Translations under genes and position numbers: made by a program | Notes under the pieces: model-generated | The model's input: only the letters and a program-made list of their open reading frames with translations | Database searches by the model: none | What the model was told of the DNA's origin: nothing | Shown: positions 11,873-25,391 of the stretch, in pieces | Numbering within the stretch: position 1 is the first letter of the stretch | How the letters are laid out: each line of letters opens with the position of its first letter | NCBI RefSeq assembly: GCF_006345805.1 | Contig: NW_021834506.1 | Coordinates: 1-47,783, forward strand | Length of the DNA stretch: 47,783 nt | Source: Octopus sinensis | Taxonomy: Eukaryota | Reading direction: 5' to 3'

Positions 11873-12454
11873 TATCTCTAGCTGCCCAGTCCTGGCTAAG
11901 AAGGAATATATTCAGACATGACAGAGTTGGAACCTACATACATTGGAAGCTATGCCAACATTATGGAATAACAACAGAAAACGAGAAAGCAACCATACTC
12001 TGGGATATGCCGATACACACAGATAGAGAAATTAAGGCCAACAGACCAGATATAGTTGTCAGAGATCATGAAGAAAAAAAATGCTTTCTAATTGATGTAT
12101 CAATACCGGCAGATGACAACGTGTCTCTAAAAGAAATGGAGAAACTCTCAAAATACAAAGACCTGGAAATAGAGGTAACTAGAATGTGGAATCTGAAAAC
12201 AGAAACAATTCCTATCATAGTAGGTGCATTAGGCATGATAAAAAAATATTCAGACAAATACATAACAAAAACACCAGGACTTACAAACACATATAACATA
12301 CAGAAAATTGCACTACTAGGCACTGCACACATCTTACGCAGAACACTTTCCATACAATAAGCATCAGAGCATCACAACAAATCACAGCACATACCCAAGG
12401 CACACAGGGCTGCGCTCGGTAGTGAAGTGAAAGCACGCTATAAAAATAAAACTA

Positions 12455-12460
<6 letters not shown>
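11873..12460 (+). mobile_element. 5'-truncated R4/Dong-like (restriction-like endonuclease) non-LTR retrotransposon in an (AAT)n array, family A
   Basis: RHDRVGTYIHW, NRPDIVV...LIDVSIP...EKLSKYKDL, PIIVGALG, TAHILRR RLE motifs; ~100 nt 3' UTR; (AAT)n/(GAT)n on the 5' side and (AAT)n on the 3' side. Confidence 0.9.
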
Positions 12461-12497
<37 letters not shown>

Positions 12498-12624
12498 TAA
12501 TAATAATAATAATAATCCTTTCTACTATAGGCACAAGGCTTGAAAATTGAGGGAGAGGGCCAGTCGATTTAAAGAGGTATAATGTTAAAAACGCTACATA
12601 TATGCGTGTATGTATGAATATAAA

Positions 12625-13508
12625 CGCGGAGGTACTCAAAAGAAACCAGAATTTTGCAACATCATTTTATTCACTTAGTTTTACATAATTACACTTTTAT
12701 CGCCTTCAAAGTATTTCTCCATTTGAAGTAATGCATCGGTCTAAACGCGTTTTCCACTGTTCGAAGCAGTGCTGGAGTCCTTGCAGAGTGATGCCTTTTA
12801 ACGCCTCCGTCATTTTTTCTTCACTTCTTTCACATCTGCAAGTTCCATAACACCAGCATTCGTGGCCAGTGATGATCTTCGAAAACAGACCTGGGTCAAT
12901 TTCCAACTGTTCTTTCAGTTCACGACACACATTTGTTGTGACTGCTTTTGATCTTCCGTCAGCAAGCGAGGCACAAGTTGTGCTGCAACTCTTTACTTTT
13001 GCAATTCCTTGCTCAAAATTCGTTGGAAGGAGAGCTCCAGGACACACCAGACATATCAGCAAGTTCGTCAATTCTTCGGTGAGGGTCCTCCAACATCATT
13101 TCATGAATTTTCATGCTTTCATTAATTCAGGAGGTCGACAGTTTCCCTGAACGAGGTTGGTCCTCAAGCGACAACTGACCATTCCTAAAGCGTGTTTTGC
13201 TCATGGTAGCGTCCTTGTAACCTGTTTGAAGTATGACAACTGTTTCAGCTGCCGTTTTCCCCAGTAGAAAACAGCATTTCACAGAAGCACGTTGTTCCTT
13301 CGTATCGGCCATGGCAAAAATCGGCGAACAGGGGACAATCACTGCAAAACAAAGACGCACCAGGTGGCGATATTATCCCACTGAAGAACACCGGTCGGCA
13401 GATTGATACCTGAAGGCTGTATCAAGTAGCTTCAAGCGGCGGAAGCTTGAACTACAACGGGTTTGTTACACAGAGAACGTTTCCGGTTACTTTTAGGGTA
13501 CCTCCTCG
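12625..13508 (-). mobile_element. Internally deleted mariner transposon (irritans/Hsmar2-like)
   Basis: Imperfect TIRs CGCGGAGGTACTCAAAAGAAACCAGAA / TTCCGGTTACTTTTAGGGTACCTCCTCG+TA; MADTKEQRASVKCCFLLGKTAAET, LEDQPRSG, IITGHECWCYG fused to C-terminal QWKTRLDRCITSNGE. Confidence 0.9.
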
Positions 13509-13533
13509 TATATATTATATATATATATGTATG

Positions 13534-13571
<38 letters not shown>

Positions 13572-13613
13572 TATAGTTAGATAGATTGATTGATTGATTG
13601 ATACATAGATAGG

Positions 13614-13688
<75 letters not shown>

Positions 13689-13696
13689 TCAGATAA

Positions 13697-13779
<83 letters not shown>

Positions 13780-13959
13780 TATGCATATGTATATATATTT
13801 ATGCATATATATATAACATATATAAATATATATATATATATATATAACATATACACATGTATTTATGTACATATATATATGTGTGTGCTTAAATGTATAC
13901 ATGATGGACTCTTCCGTCTGTCGAACGACCTGCTCGAACGATTTGTTTATAGTGGTCAA

Positions 13960-14180
13960 ATGCTCGTGCCTCACATTAGCTCACTCTCTCCATCAAATTG
14001 ACGTTGTTTGAAAAGGCGCGTGGTGTACAACGCGTCGTGTGTCAAAGTGATCACAGAGCAGCGTGAGATGAAGTGCCTTGCTCAATATCACAACGCACCT
14101 TTCTCGGTCTAGGAATTGAAATAACGATTTAGCGATCGTGATTGCAACTCCCTTACCACTAAACCATGAGTCCTCAATAT
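13960..14180 (-). mobile_element. tRNA-derived SINE, second family (related to 26276-26690)
   Basis: Minus strand TGGTTTAGTGGTAAGGG A-box head and TTGAGCAAGGCACTTCATCTCACG core. Confidence 0.6.
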
Positions 14181-14227
14181 GCATTAATATATATAGATAC
14201 ACAAACACACGCACGCACACACACACA

Positions 14228-14279
<52 letters not shown>

Positions 14280-15117
14280 AATGGTCTTGACTATTGAAAA
14301 GGTTTCAAGACGCAACGAAACTTTTAGGAAAATAAAAATAAGTGGAAATTTTTACCGGTGATAAAAATAAGAAATAAGTGGAAATTTTTACCGGTGATAT
14401 TATAAGGCACAAAAGGAAAATGACTCACCCCAGACACAACAGAAGATGCCTCAACACACGAACTCACATAAAGAATCTTGCAAACCAAAAACATTAATTT
14501 TATCAATTTTTACATAAAAATGTTTGAAAGTGACTTCGAAATTTTGGCTTACTTGCCCCTATCAGACTGTGGCATACTTAGGCTTTTCAGGTATCATATA
14601 TAGTATCTTGGCAAGATGTTCTTTTTGGTAGGATGTGTAATGTAAATTAGAATTAAACGTGGAATAGACGGACTGAAGTAGTGATTATGTAAGAAAGGTA
14701 GATAGAAAAAGAACTGGGAAGCATATGTTTGTAGTGTCGTATGGGTAGGTAAGAATAAATGGTGTAAGGAATTTTCTGGTTTAATAAAGTCAATTTGTTG
14801 TTGCTGGATTCGGTCAGGCATATATGTAAAGACATAAACTTTTATTGAGTTTCAAGTGGAAGATCTGTCATATTCTGTTCACAATTTATCTTAACGGAAG
14901 TTTTCCCGATCTCTAATATGTGTGGGATGGCTGTGTGCTGTTTTACTGTTCGTAAAAGAATGCTTATTGATAATATCGGTTCAATTTGTCACAGAGCATA
15001 GGTCACAGCGAGAGGTCAAAGATAGTGTTGATGCTCGGAGCTTTCTTTTAAGAAATTAAAACAGTATTTTTAAATGTAAACGCATGCATATATACTCATA
15101 CAAACACAAACATATAC

Positions 15118-15171
<54 letters not shown>

Positions 15172-15175
<4 letters not shown>

Positions 15176-15654
15176 ACAATTTAATAAATAAAACATATGC
15201 ATACATACATACATATATGTACATACCTACATCTATATGTATATATACATGCATATATGGGTACAGGACACCACAAATAAACGTAGAACACGAGAAACGA
15301 AAACAAAACAAGGAAACGGACTTTTTTTAACAACGAAAAAGCAGCGTACAAGACAAACAACACAAGGAACATTCCCCTTCTTCAGCTGCCCCTGTTTCGA
15401 CTCATTACGTACCTTCGAAACATGCAATGAGTCGAAACAGGGGCAGCTGAAGAAGGGGAATGTTCTTTGTGTTGTTTGTCTTGTACTCTGTTTTTTCGTT
15501 GTTAAAAAAAAGTCCGTTTCCTTGTTTTGTTTTTATGTTTTCGTTTCTCGTTGTGTTCTACGTTAATTTGTGGTGTCCTGTACCCATATATGCATGTATA
15601 TATACATATAGATGTATGTATGCATATGTTTTATTTATTAAATTGTTATTATAT
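15172..15654. repeat. Near-perfect palindrome (~230 bp arms, ~20 nt loop)
   Basis: 15172-15405 is the reverse complement of 15426-15654; each arm carries CAGCTGAAGAAGGGG pointing outward. Confidence 0.92.
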
Positions 15655-16800
15655 GATTGAACGCCCGCGTCGTCTTCTTCCAAGTAAGTTTTATTTCAAT
15701 ATATATATATATATATCAACATAGTCATACATACATACATACATACATACATACATACACACGCATACACACACATACAGACATACATGCGTACATACAT
15801 ACAAATATAAACACATGCACACGCACAAATAAACACGCACGTACATACATGTGCAGAAAGAGAAGAGAGAGAAAGAGAGAGAGGGGGGAGAGAGAAAGTG
15901 AGAGATGGAGAGTAGAGGGGAGAGAAGAGTGATAGAAAGAAAGACAAAAAGGGGAGAGAAAGAATGAGAGAAAAAAAGAAAGAAAGAAAGAGAGGGAAGG
16001 AATGAGAAAGAGACAGAGAGAGACACAGAGAGAGAAAGACAGAGACAGAGACAGAGAGAGAGACACACACACACACACACACAGACAAACAGACAGGCAG
16101 AGACAAGGAGAGGCATAGAATAAAATGAAGTAGCAAAACAGATATTTTAAAAAATATGTCCGGATTACTCCTAACGTATATAATACAGTTTGTGATTTTT
16201 TTTCCTCATTATTTTTGACATGACTTTTACATAATCTACAAATGCGACTGCGTAAAACTAAAAGCTGCTCTCAACACTATTACCAATGATTGAAGCAAAA
16301 AAATGTCTATGCAATTCACAACGTGATGGAACCGATAAAGTATCAAATCTCATTTCCATTTTACTGATAAAAAAAAAATATCTATTTTGCTGAGATTTTT
16401 ACCTTTTTGTTTTTGTTTTTGCTTACATATGAGTGTATATGTTTGTGCTAATATGTGTGTTCGTGTGTCAGTGTGATTCAGCTTGTGTGTTTATCTATAT
16501 ATGCATACATGTGTGTGTCTATACATACATACACACACACACATACACACACACACACACATGTATATATATGATGTATATATGCGTATTTGTATTTATA
16601 TGTGTATATGTATGCATGTGTGTATATAGTGAGGGAAAGAGGTAGATAGATAGATCTATACATACATAGACATGCATACAGACAGACAAATAAACAGATA
16701 GATAGATAAACAGACAAATAGACAGAGAAGGGCAATTTTGACCCATTATTGAATGTCCATTTATCGATGGATGAAATGGAATGTTGAATCAAATTTATAC

Positions 16801-16877
<77 letters not shown>

Positions 16878-16989
16878 GTAGTATGTATATATGTATATAT
16901 CACCTGATGGCTCAAAAATTTATTTTCTACTGCAAAAATAATAGCCGAAAAATGCTAACCAGAAGTAAATTAACTAATAAAAAGAGGAA

Positions 16990-17061
<72 letters not shown>

Positions 17062-18009
17062 GAGTGAAAATGAATATGTAGGTAATAAACTCAATGGAGC
17101 AGACGACACGATGCAAAATGGAAAACAAAAGAGATTCATTGAAGCAGACGGTAAATTAAAAGTTGCAAAAAAAAAAGGACATGCGATGAAACAGATGGTA
17201 AGTAAATGAAGGAAAGCAAAAAAAGGAAAGAATTTCTTTATATTTAGAAAAAAACACAATTTATTTAAATATTTGATGAAGCAAGCAATAAATTTAAAAT
17301 ATAAGAAAAATAGATGGTACTCAATGAAGCAGACTGTACATACAATTTCCCTTTCCAAATCTTTGTAGACAATTTGAACACGTGGATTTTTAGCGTAAAT
17401 AATAATGTTATAATCGAAATCTATTTTACTATATCGAAGATTGCATCGTTGTTTTTGTTATATCGTAAATTCTGACAACGCTATTGCTTATGAATTGTTA
17501 TTCTTGTTTTATCATAAACGATGTACATGCTGCAGTCGTTTTATTGTCAGTCGTTTAATTTCGATATAAGTGTATACCATAGTTACTCGAGAATTCTAAA
17601 TGCTTATTCTAAATGCAAAGTGTGTGAGAGATGGAGAAAGAGTTTGTATGTATGTACGTATGTGTATGTGCATTCCTACTTGTGTTTAATTAAACAAAGG
17701 ACTAGAAAGGTTGTTAAACAATTTATTGTTAAGCCGTTTGTATACTCTAACATAACGTGCGACTAGATAAAAGAATAGTACGTTTGAAATGTCATGCGAA
17801 GAACATGGATTAACTGCTCTTTCAGCCGAGCTAGTAGCCATCTTCAGAGTATTGACGATGAAGCAGACTGAAAGGAATCTGGGTCAGCGAACGGCTGAGT
17901 AAGCATACAGCACTCGTACGATCATCCCTCTACACGATCAACTATACTACTAGAAATAGAAGCTAAATTTCTTTCAACTCATACTCCATTTTCTGAACAA
18001 AAACGAAAT

Positions 18010-18170
18010 AGTAAAGAAGCATCATTTAGACTTCAAATCCTGCCGAGCTCAACTCTAACTTTAATCATTTCGAGGTCGATAAAATAAAGTACCAGTCAAG
18101 TTCTGTAGTCGATATAATTGACTTGTTCCCTCCTCTAAAAAATTACTGGCCTTGTGCTAAAATCTGAAAC
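18010..18170 (+). mobile_element. SINE fragment with Meta/Sauria-like core
   Basis: TTCAAATCCTGCCGAG...TTTCGAGGTCGATAAAATAAAGTACCAG core; similar pieces at 19430-19600, 22010-22170, 22195-22390 and 35790-35885. Confidence 0.6.
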
Positions 18171-18199
18171 TATTATTATTATTATTGTTGTTGTTGTTG

Positions 18200-18492
18200 T
18201 TTTACTTCTCAGAGCGCACGGTTTTGTTTGCTCTGGTTGGTTCTGCGAGAGCGGAAGGCAGCCTGTTGTCAGAAATCTCACAGGGTCTCTTTCTGCACAT
18301 CATAAGCGTTGACATTTGGTTGTTAATTATCGTGGAATATATCCAAAAACCAAGTACCAATCTCAAAATCCCAGCTGTCCCAAGCAGAACAATTTGGGGT
18401 GGGGGGTTGCTCTGCTCTCATGTCAATTCCGATTTCTCTGACATATTTCTCCAACTTGATTGTTAGTGCTCCGAATGCCCCTACAACTGCTA
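18200..18492 (-). mobile_element. 3' end of RLE-type retrotransposon family C inside an (AAT)n array
   Basis: VVGAFGALTIKLEKYVREIGIDMR resembles the VVGALG RLE tail; both ends abut TAA/CAA repeats. Confidence 0.65.
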
Positions 18493-18493
18493 C

Positions 18494-18551
<58 letters not shown>

Positions 18552-18559
18552 TTATTATT

Positions 18560-18897
18560 ATTCAGTAGCTTTATTTTCATAACGTGCCTTCACTTCACTA
18601 CCGAGAGCAGCTCTGTGTGCCTTGGGTATGTCCTGTGGTTTGCTGTGATGCTCTTATGGTTACTGTATTGAAAGTGTTTTGCGTAGGATGTGTGCCGTGC
18701 CCAGTAATGCAATTTTCTGTGTTATATATATATTTGTTAGTCCTGATGTTTTTGGTATTTATTTGTCTGAATATTTTTTTATCATACCTAATGCGCCCAC
18801 TATGATAGGGATTGTTTCTGTTTTTAGATTCCACATTCGAGTTACCTCTATTTCCAGGTTTTTGTATTTGGAAAGTTTCTCCATTTCTTTTTCTGAT
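18560..18897 (-). mobile_element. Second 5'-truncated copy of R4/Dong-like family A
   Basis: Reverse complement of 12130-12460 (EKLSKYKNLEIEVTRMWNLKTETIPIIVGALG...TAHILR; same 3' UTR ending AAAATAAAGCTACTG+(AAT)n). Confidence 0.9.
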
Positions 18898-19689
18898 TGA
18901 GGCTATATTATTACATATATAACACGTATGTATATCATATATGAATAATACAAAACTACATGAAAATACAAATCCTAAACAATAGTCATGGTTCTTCCAT
19001 AATATAAGTTTTTACAAAAGAAAGACAAAGAAAAGAAAAAAGCAAGAAAAAAGGAAAAGGGGAGAGAAAAAGAGAAAAAGTGAAGAAAGAAAAGAAATCA
19101 ATGCAGCGCCAAATGCTTCAACTGGTCGCACACCACAAGGTTCAATGGAACCTTGTTATTGCTTAAGCCCTATTACTGCGGAAGGAAAATATATCCACTC
19201 AAATTTTCATTGTTCTTAACCTGCATGAAGCAGTTTTGTATACCAATATATCTTTTACTGAGAAATGTCGTGTTTGAAGCTAATTTTTTTCTGAGATATG
19301 TCAAGTTTGTGCGACGTGACTTGCAGAAATAAGTACCATTTGAGCACCGGGGGGGGGGGGACCAATGCAATCGATTTTCCACCTCTCAGAATTGTTGGCC
19401 TTGTGCCAAAATAACAAAGGATTATTAAGACGTGAGATTAACAGAATCGTTAGAGCGTCAAAGAAAATAAACATGTGGTGTTTCTTCCGGTGCGTTATGT
19501 CCCAAGTTCAAATCACACCGGGATGAAATTTAACATTTTATTCTTTGAAAGTCGATTAAATTAAAAGCCAAACAAAAACGAAGATACATACTATCCAATA
19601 ATTTCCACCGGTAAATTTTCACTCTTTGAGCTTGAGCTTTGAACAGTAATAATAATTAGTGCTGCTGATGTTGTCGTTGTTGTGTTTTT

Positions 19690-20098
19690 GTTACGTGTTC
19701 CAGTTATTTGACTGCGGCCATGCCTTAAAAGATTTTAGTCGAGCCCATCGACTTATTATTTATTTATTTATTTTATTTTATTTTTTTGTATAAGCCTGTT
19801 ACTTATTTTATTGGTCACTTTCGCCGAGCCGCAAAGTTACAGGAACGTAAACAAAACAACACCGGTTAATATATATTAATCATTTGAAATTCTTCAGTCT
19901 TTGCTTTCGTTTTGCATGAATACATTTTTTTTTATTTGTTTAAGTCATTCGACTGCGGCCATACTGGAGCACCAAATCGACTCTTGGACTTATTCTTTGT
20001 AAGCGTAGTACTTATTCTATCGGTCTCTTTTGCCGAAATGCTAAATTACGGGGACGCAAACACACCAACATCGGTTGCCAAACGATGATGGGGGACAA

Positions 20099-20180
<82 letters not shown>

Positions 20181-20372
20181 CATATATACATACGACGGAC
20201 TTCTTCCAGTTTCCGTCTCCCAAATCCACTCACAAGGCTTTAGTAGAAGCCCGAGGCTATAGTAGAAGCCCGAGGCTATAGTAGAAGACACTTGCCTAGG
20301 GTTTCACGTAGTGGGACTGAACCCGAAACCATGTGGCTGGGAAGCAAGCTTCTTACCACACAGCCACGCCTA
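19690..20372 (-). mobile_element. Main SINE family: partial tail (19690-19865) plus near full-length copy (19930-20372)
   Basis: Reverse complement of the 306-712 consensus; internal 18 bp duplication TAGTAGAAGCCCGAGGCTA. Confidence 0.85.
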
Positions 20373-20796
20373 TGAAACGCAAGATGTTAATTTGTTTATC
20401 CACATAATTGCCTGCATATCTGCTCAACTTGACTCTCTTTATAGCCATTCTTTACCCCGCGGAATTGGTCCCTCGTAAAGACATCGAAGTCTAAGTTTCA
20501 ATCATTTGAGCGTTAATAAGGGATTTCTACACTGTGAATATCTGGATTCATCTGTTGGTTCTGTGTGTGTGTGTGTGGCAAAATTGAGTTACACCTGTAT
20601 TTCAAAGGGCCAGCTTTGTCACATTCTGTGTCATGCCGAATCTCCTTGGGAGCTACGTTAAGGGTACGTGTGTCTGTGGAGTGCTCAGTTACTTGCACCT
20701 TAATTTCACGAGCAGGTTGTTCCTTTGATTGGATCAGCTAGAACCCTTGTCGTCGTAACCGACACAGTGTCATGGTATATATATATATATATATAT

Positions 20797-21375
20797 ACTA
20801 GCAGAGTTACCCGGCGTTGCCCGTGTTACATACAATTGAATATCAATTTGATTAATATCAATTTAAAACCAGTGGTGTAGCATATTGAAAAGTCTGAAGT
20901 TTCAGAAAAAATTATATTACATACATATAAGAGGGATATTCATTTTCAGTCCATGCCACTTATATAATAGTTTCACTATTAAAGTGAAAGCATTTGACAT
21001 TACAATAGAGAGCTGTTTTTGTTTCACTTTTGACACCTAATACTGAAATAGTGGAGAAGATATGATATTGCTGTGATCTTTGTATGCAGTGGTTTTCTGT
21101 TAATAGATATTACAGGAACCAGTGCATTGAAATGTCCAGAGACCCATAATACTCCAATGACGTCCTTGCTCAATGATTTTCTCCAAAATGCTATTCCATC
21201 TCAGAAAAAATCTACTGTTTAGGTGTTATGCAACATTAATTCCTACAGACTTTATTAATGAAAAAAAGGCATGTGTAAAATTTGAATGAAATTGGTTGTG
21301 TAGTTCTCAAGTTTTAGGGATTCACACAGACAGACAGACACACACACACACATTCTCAGTTTTATATATATAGAT
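20797..21375 (+). mobile_element. Non-autonomous Helitron-like (Lep1/DINE-type) element inserted in (TA)n
   Basis: 5' ACTAGCAGAGTTACCCGGCGTTGCCCG and 3' (GACA)n(CA)n TTCTCAGTTTTATATATATAGAT termini typical of this class; no TSD. Confidence 0.7.
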
Positions 21376-21377
21376 AG

Positions 21378-21410
<33 letters not shown>

Positions 21411-21622
21411 TTATTTACTCGTATACATATTCATATGCATATATTCGTTATATTTATCTCATATATATATACACACACGTGAATGTGTGTGTGTATGTGT
21501 GTGTGCGTGTACGTGTATGGTGGCGGCAGCGGTGCTGATGAGGTCTTTGTTCGATCATCTGAGTTACCTACCTAAGTGGATGACTATTCCACAGACACCG
21601 CAGTTGTGTGCGTGTTTGTGTG

Positions 21623-21667
<45 letters not shown>

Positions 21668-22499
21668 TGTGTGTTGTGTGTGTGTGTGTGTGTGTGCAGT
21701 TGAATAGATATCTGAACATTCTAAATTGGTTTCATTAAACTAAAACTTCTCTGAAATATCCGTCACTGCAATTTTTTTTCTTTTTCTTCAAATAATTCCG
21801 TGGAAGATAAAATAAATAAGATTAAAACACAAAAAAAATATATACTAACCTCTCGTTGTCTAGGAAACACTGAATATGCAAGAACACATATTACATAAAT
21901 GTTCCTGCCAAACTGTTAATCTAGCAGTCCGTCGCCCATATTCTCAGTTAGATGAGCCGTAAATGTATTCACACCATACTCTTAAGTTTTATCATGGCGA
22001 CGAAAAGGTTGAGTCGTTAGTACGCCGGGGAAAACGCTTCACATCTTGATTTCAAATTCCGCCGAGGTCAGCCTTGCCTCTCATACTTTCGGGGTCGAAA
22101 AAATAAGTGCCAGCTGAGCATTAGCGTTGATCTAATTGATTAAAATTTCAGGTTCTATGCTTATAGTAGAAAGGCTTTTAATTATTAAGACGAGAGACGG
22201 TGGCGAGTTGACTGGTTCGTTAGCACATCGGACAAAATGACAAAATGATTAGCGGCATTTTGTGTCTTTACGTTCGGCTTTCAAAATCAACTGTAGCCGA
22301 TAAAACGAGGACCAGCTGAGCACTGGGGTTGATTGTAATCGACTATCCTGCTCCCGCTAAATTTCAGGCCTTGTGCCTATAGAAGAAAGGGCTCTTCGAT
22401 TTTATCAAGACTTATCAAACATGACACACTGCTTTTAACTTCTCAGGGGAAAATGAATTCAAAAACGTACCGCTGTCGTTAATCTACCCTCCAGGAACA

Positions 22500-22678
22500 T
22501 AATTTGCTTTTTTAATTTTTTTTTCATTAATAAAGTCTGTAGGAATTAATGTTGCATAACACCTAAACAGTAGATTTTTCTGAGATGGAATAGCATTTTG
22601 GAGAAAATCATTGAGCAGAGACGTCACTGGTTCCTGTAATATTTATTAACAGAAAACCACTGCATACAGAGATCAGAA
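22500..22678 (-). mobile_element. Inverted internal fragment of the Helitron-like element
   Basis: Reverse complement of ~21075-21265 with a ~35 bp internal deletion. Confidence 0.8.
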
Positions 22679-23126
22679 TTAGACCCCTTCAACACGTCAT
22701 GTCCCCAGACGACTGCCCGGTGTGTCCCTGTTTTAAGACAGTACTACCAGCATGCACTATTTTATTTCGAATGCATTTACTTTATCCCAGGATAAATCTT
22801 TTCGGTGAACGCCCTGATTTTGTTTGTTGGATTGTTTGTTTGTTTGTTGATTATTTTGTTGTTGTTGTTGTTGTTGTTTTAAAATAAGACCTGTGTATGT
22901 CGAAATATCATAGGAAAAAAAGGAAAGTTTGTGTTATATATAATAATGCCGTGTTACGGTGTTTCAGTTTCTATTCATTTCCAAGTATTACAATGCTTGA
23001 AATCTCACGCACACCATTTAATAACTACAAAGACATACATACATACATACATACATACATACATACATACATACATACATACATACATACATACATGCAT
23101 ATATACATACTTACATACATCATACA

Positions 23127-23157
<31 letters not shown>

Positions 23158-23524
23158 GTACATACTTACATACAAGCATGTATATATATATGTGTGTATA
23201 TGTTTGTGTTTACTACGTATGTATACTTATATATACACATATATATATACACACTTATATATGCATACACATATATATGCATATCTGCGCTAATATTTTC
23301 TCCGAAATTATTTGCTCCGTATTGAAATATATATATACACACGTATAATTACACTTAAATATACATGTACCTATATACACATATATATTTATAAATCTGT
23401 GTATGCACGTACGTATATCTATATCTATATCTATCTATCTATATATATATATATAGAGAGAGAGAGAGAAGAGAGAGAGACAGAGACAGAGACAGACAGA
23501 CAGACAGAGAGAGAGAGAGAGAGT

Positions 23525-23624
<100 letters not shown>

Positions 23625-23678
23625 TATATATATATATTACACACACACATACATATTCTTATATATGCATAAATGTAC

Positions 23679-23734
<56 letters not shown>

Positions 23735-24553
23735 GTGTATGTATATAAATGTGTATATATATGTATATATGTGTGTGTTTTTGAAATTAAATTACCCAGA
23801 TACATACACATATACATACACACACTGTACTTTGTTATCATTTCTGTTGTATTATTAATATAGATCACATTGTAATGTTGTACTTCATTTATTTGTTTCG
23901 ACATAAAATAAAATTATTCAAATATAATTTGCTCCCCTTCAATCAATACCATTATTTTTATGGCTTTTGTCCTCATTATAATCATTATTATTTATATTTT
24001 TATTAATATTATTATATAATGCAGTAAAATGTCGGAGCCGGGAGACCGTTTGATCTAGATACATAAGTGGATGTATGCGTGTAAATGTACATATGTATGT
24101 CTATATCGAAAACAGCTTTTATATTGAAAACACGACTATGTTCTGGTTCTATCTTGTTTAATAAGTTTTTTGCGTTTTGCCTTTTGCTTTGTGCTGGTGT
24201 TCTTGTTGTTGCTGTTGTATGTTTTCGTATGAGAAGCTCGCAATGTGTGTGGAACAGTGAAGCTCTTGAATTCAACCACGTATCTAGACTTCGCGGTCTC
24301 ATCTTCAGAATAAGGTGATGTTGGCATATGTTGTTGCCGCTTTATTGTAAGTAAGACTAATGTCACTGCTAAAGATCTTATCACTTGATTTTTAATTTTC
24401 ACAATTAGATTTATATACCATCAATGAATGAATCTTCAAAGGATATTTTTTAGCACTTAATCTATGTTTTAATTCTAATGAGATTTTTTAGCATTTAATC
24501 TATGTTTTAATTCTAGTATTATGATGTATTAGGAATTTTTTGTCCGTCATTAA

Positions 24554-25391
24554 CCCCTTAATGGATTATCCCGAGTTTACTCGTGCATTGCAAACGTATC
24601 TTTTTAGAACCAGACGAGTATACTCGGTCAAAATTAACTTTTAATTTTAACACTCAAACGAGTTTATTTGTTTTGTGTTGTTTCATTTTTGAGCAATCAC
24701 GAATTTACTCGCGTTGTTTAAAAAAAAATAAGTATTTTTTCATTTGATGGATTTGACTATCTGGAATGCTTATGTTTTGTATAAAGCATCTTTGGAAAAC
24801 TTCAGCTTCTGCTATGAAACCGCTGAAATTTAGAATGCAAATAATCACCAAGATTATTGAAAAATAGGCCCTTATTGCCACCCAAGAAACCATGAAGACC
24901 ATCATCAATCCCACATCCAACAAGATTTGCCCCAGCTGGTCACTTATCACCAAGTGATAAGAAAAAGAACCCTACAAGTCAGTGTGCAAAATGCGCAGAG
25001 AAGAGAGACACTAAAGGAAAGAAGATTCGAAGAGAAAGCAGATACATGTGTAATGTCTGCAAGATAACTTTGTGTGTAACTCCTTGTTTTAAAAATTATC
25101 ATTCTAAATAAACTGACTATCTCATTTTTTCAAAATTTTCCTTTGATTTAAAAGCAATACGTCTTATAAAAAATCGAAGACAGTTAAGTTATATGTATTT
25201 TTTCAATGTCCGAGTTAACTCGTTTAAATCCAAATGAGTAAAAGTACATTTTAATTTCTATAATAAAAAATAAAGGAAATAAGATAAAAAAAATTTTTTT
25301 GTAATTAACACAGTGTATATAATTAAAAAGGGAAATTTAAAAAACGCTCTGAAATGAAACGCCGTTTCAAAATAATTGATCCACTAAGGGA
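24554..25391 (+). mobile_element. Internally deleted piggyBac transposon
   Basis: TTAA TSDs at 24550-24553 and 25392-25395; TIRs CCCCTTAATGGAT / ATCCACTAAGGGA; C-terminal Cys-rich domain QCAKCAEKRDTKGKKIRRESRYMCNVCKITLCVTPCFKNYHSK* at ~24980-25110. Confidence 0.9.

Noticed and set aside
11611-12360. 249 aa ORF as a gene
   Set aside because: Poly-Ile/Met from (ATA)n/(ATG)n is fused in frame by chance to a 5'-truncated RLE fragment
14600-15050. Decayed GIY-YIG/PLE fragment
   Set aside because: Only vague motif resemblance across many stops
16133-16391. MITE bounded by AGCAAAACAGATATTT / AAATATCTATTTTGCT
   Set aside because: Short AT-rich inverted match, no TSD seen and no second copy in the window
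17811-17850. Hammerhead-like ACT CTGAAGA T GGCT...GGCT GAAA GAGC AGT (minus strand)
   Set aside because: No U at 16.1 and helices are weak; at best a very decayed copy
24245-24312. Hammerhead-like CTGAAGA T GAG ACCGCG...CGTGGT T GAATTC (minus strand)
   Set aside because: GAAA is incomplete and helix I does not pair; may be a decayed pLTR but is unsupported
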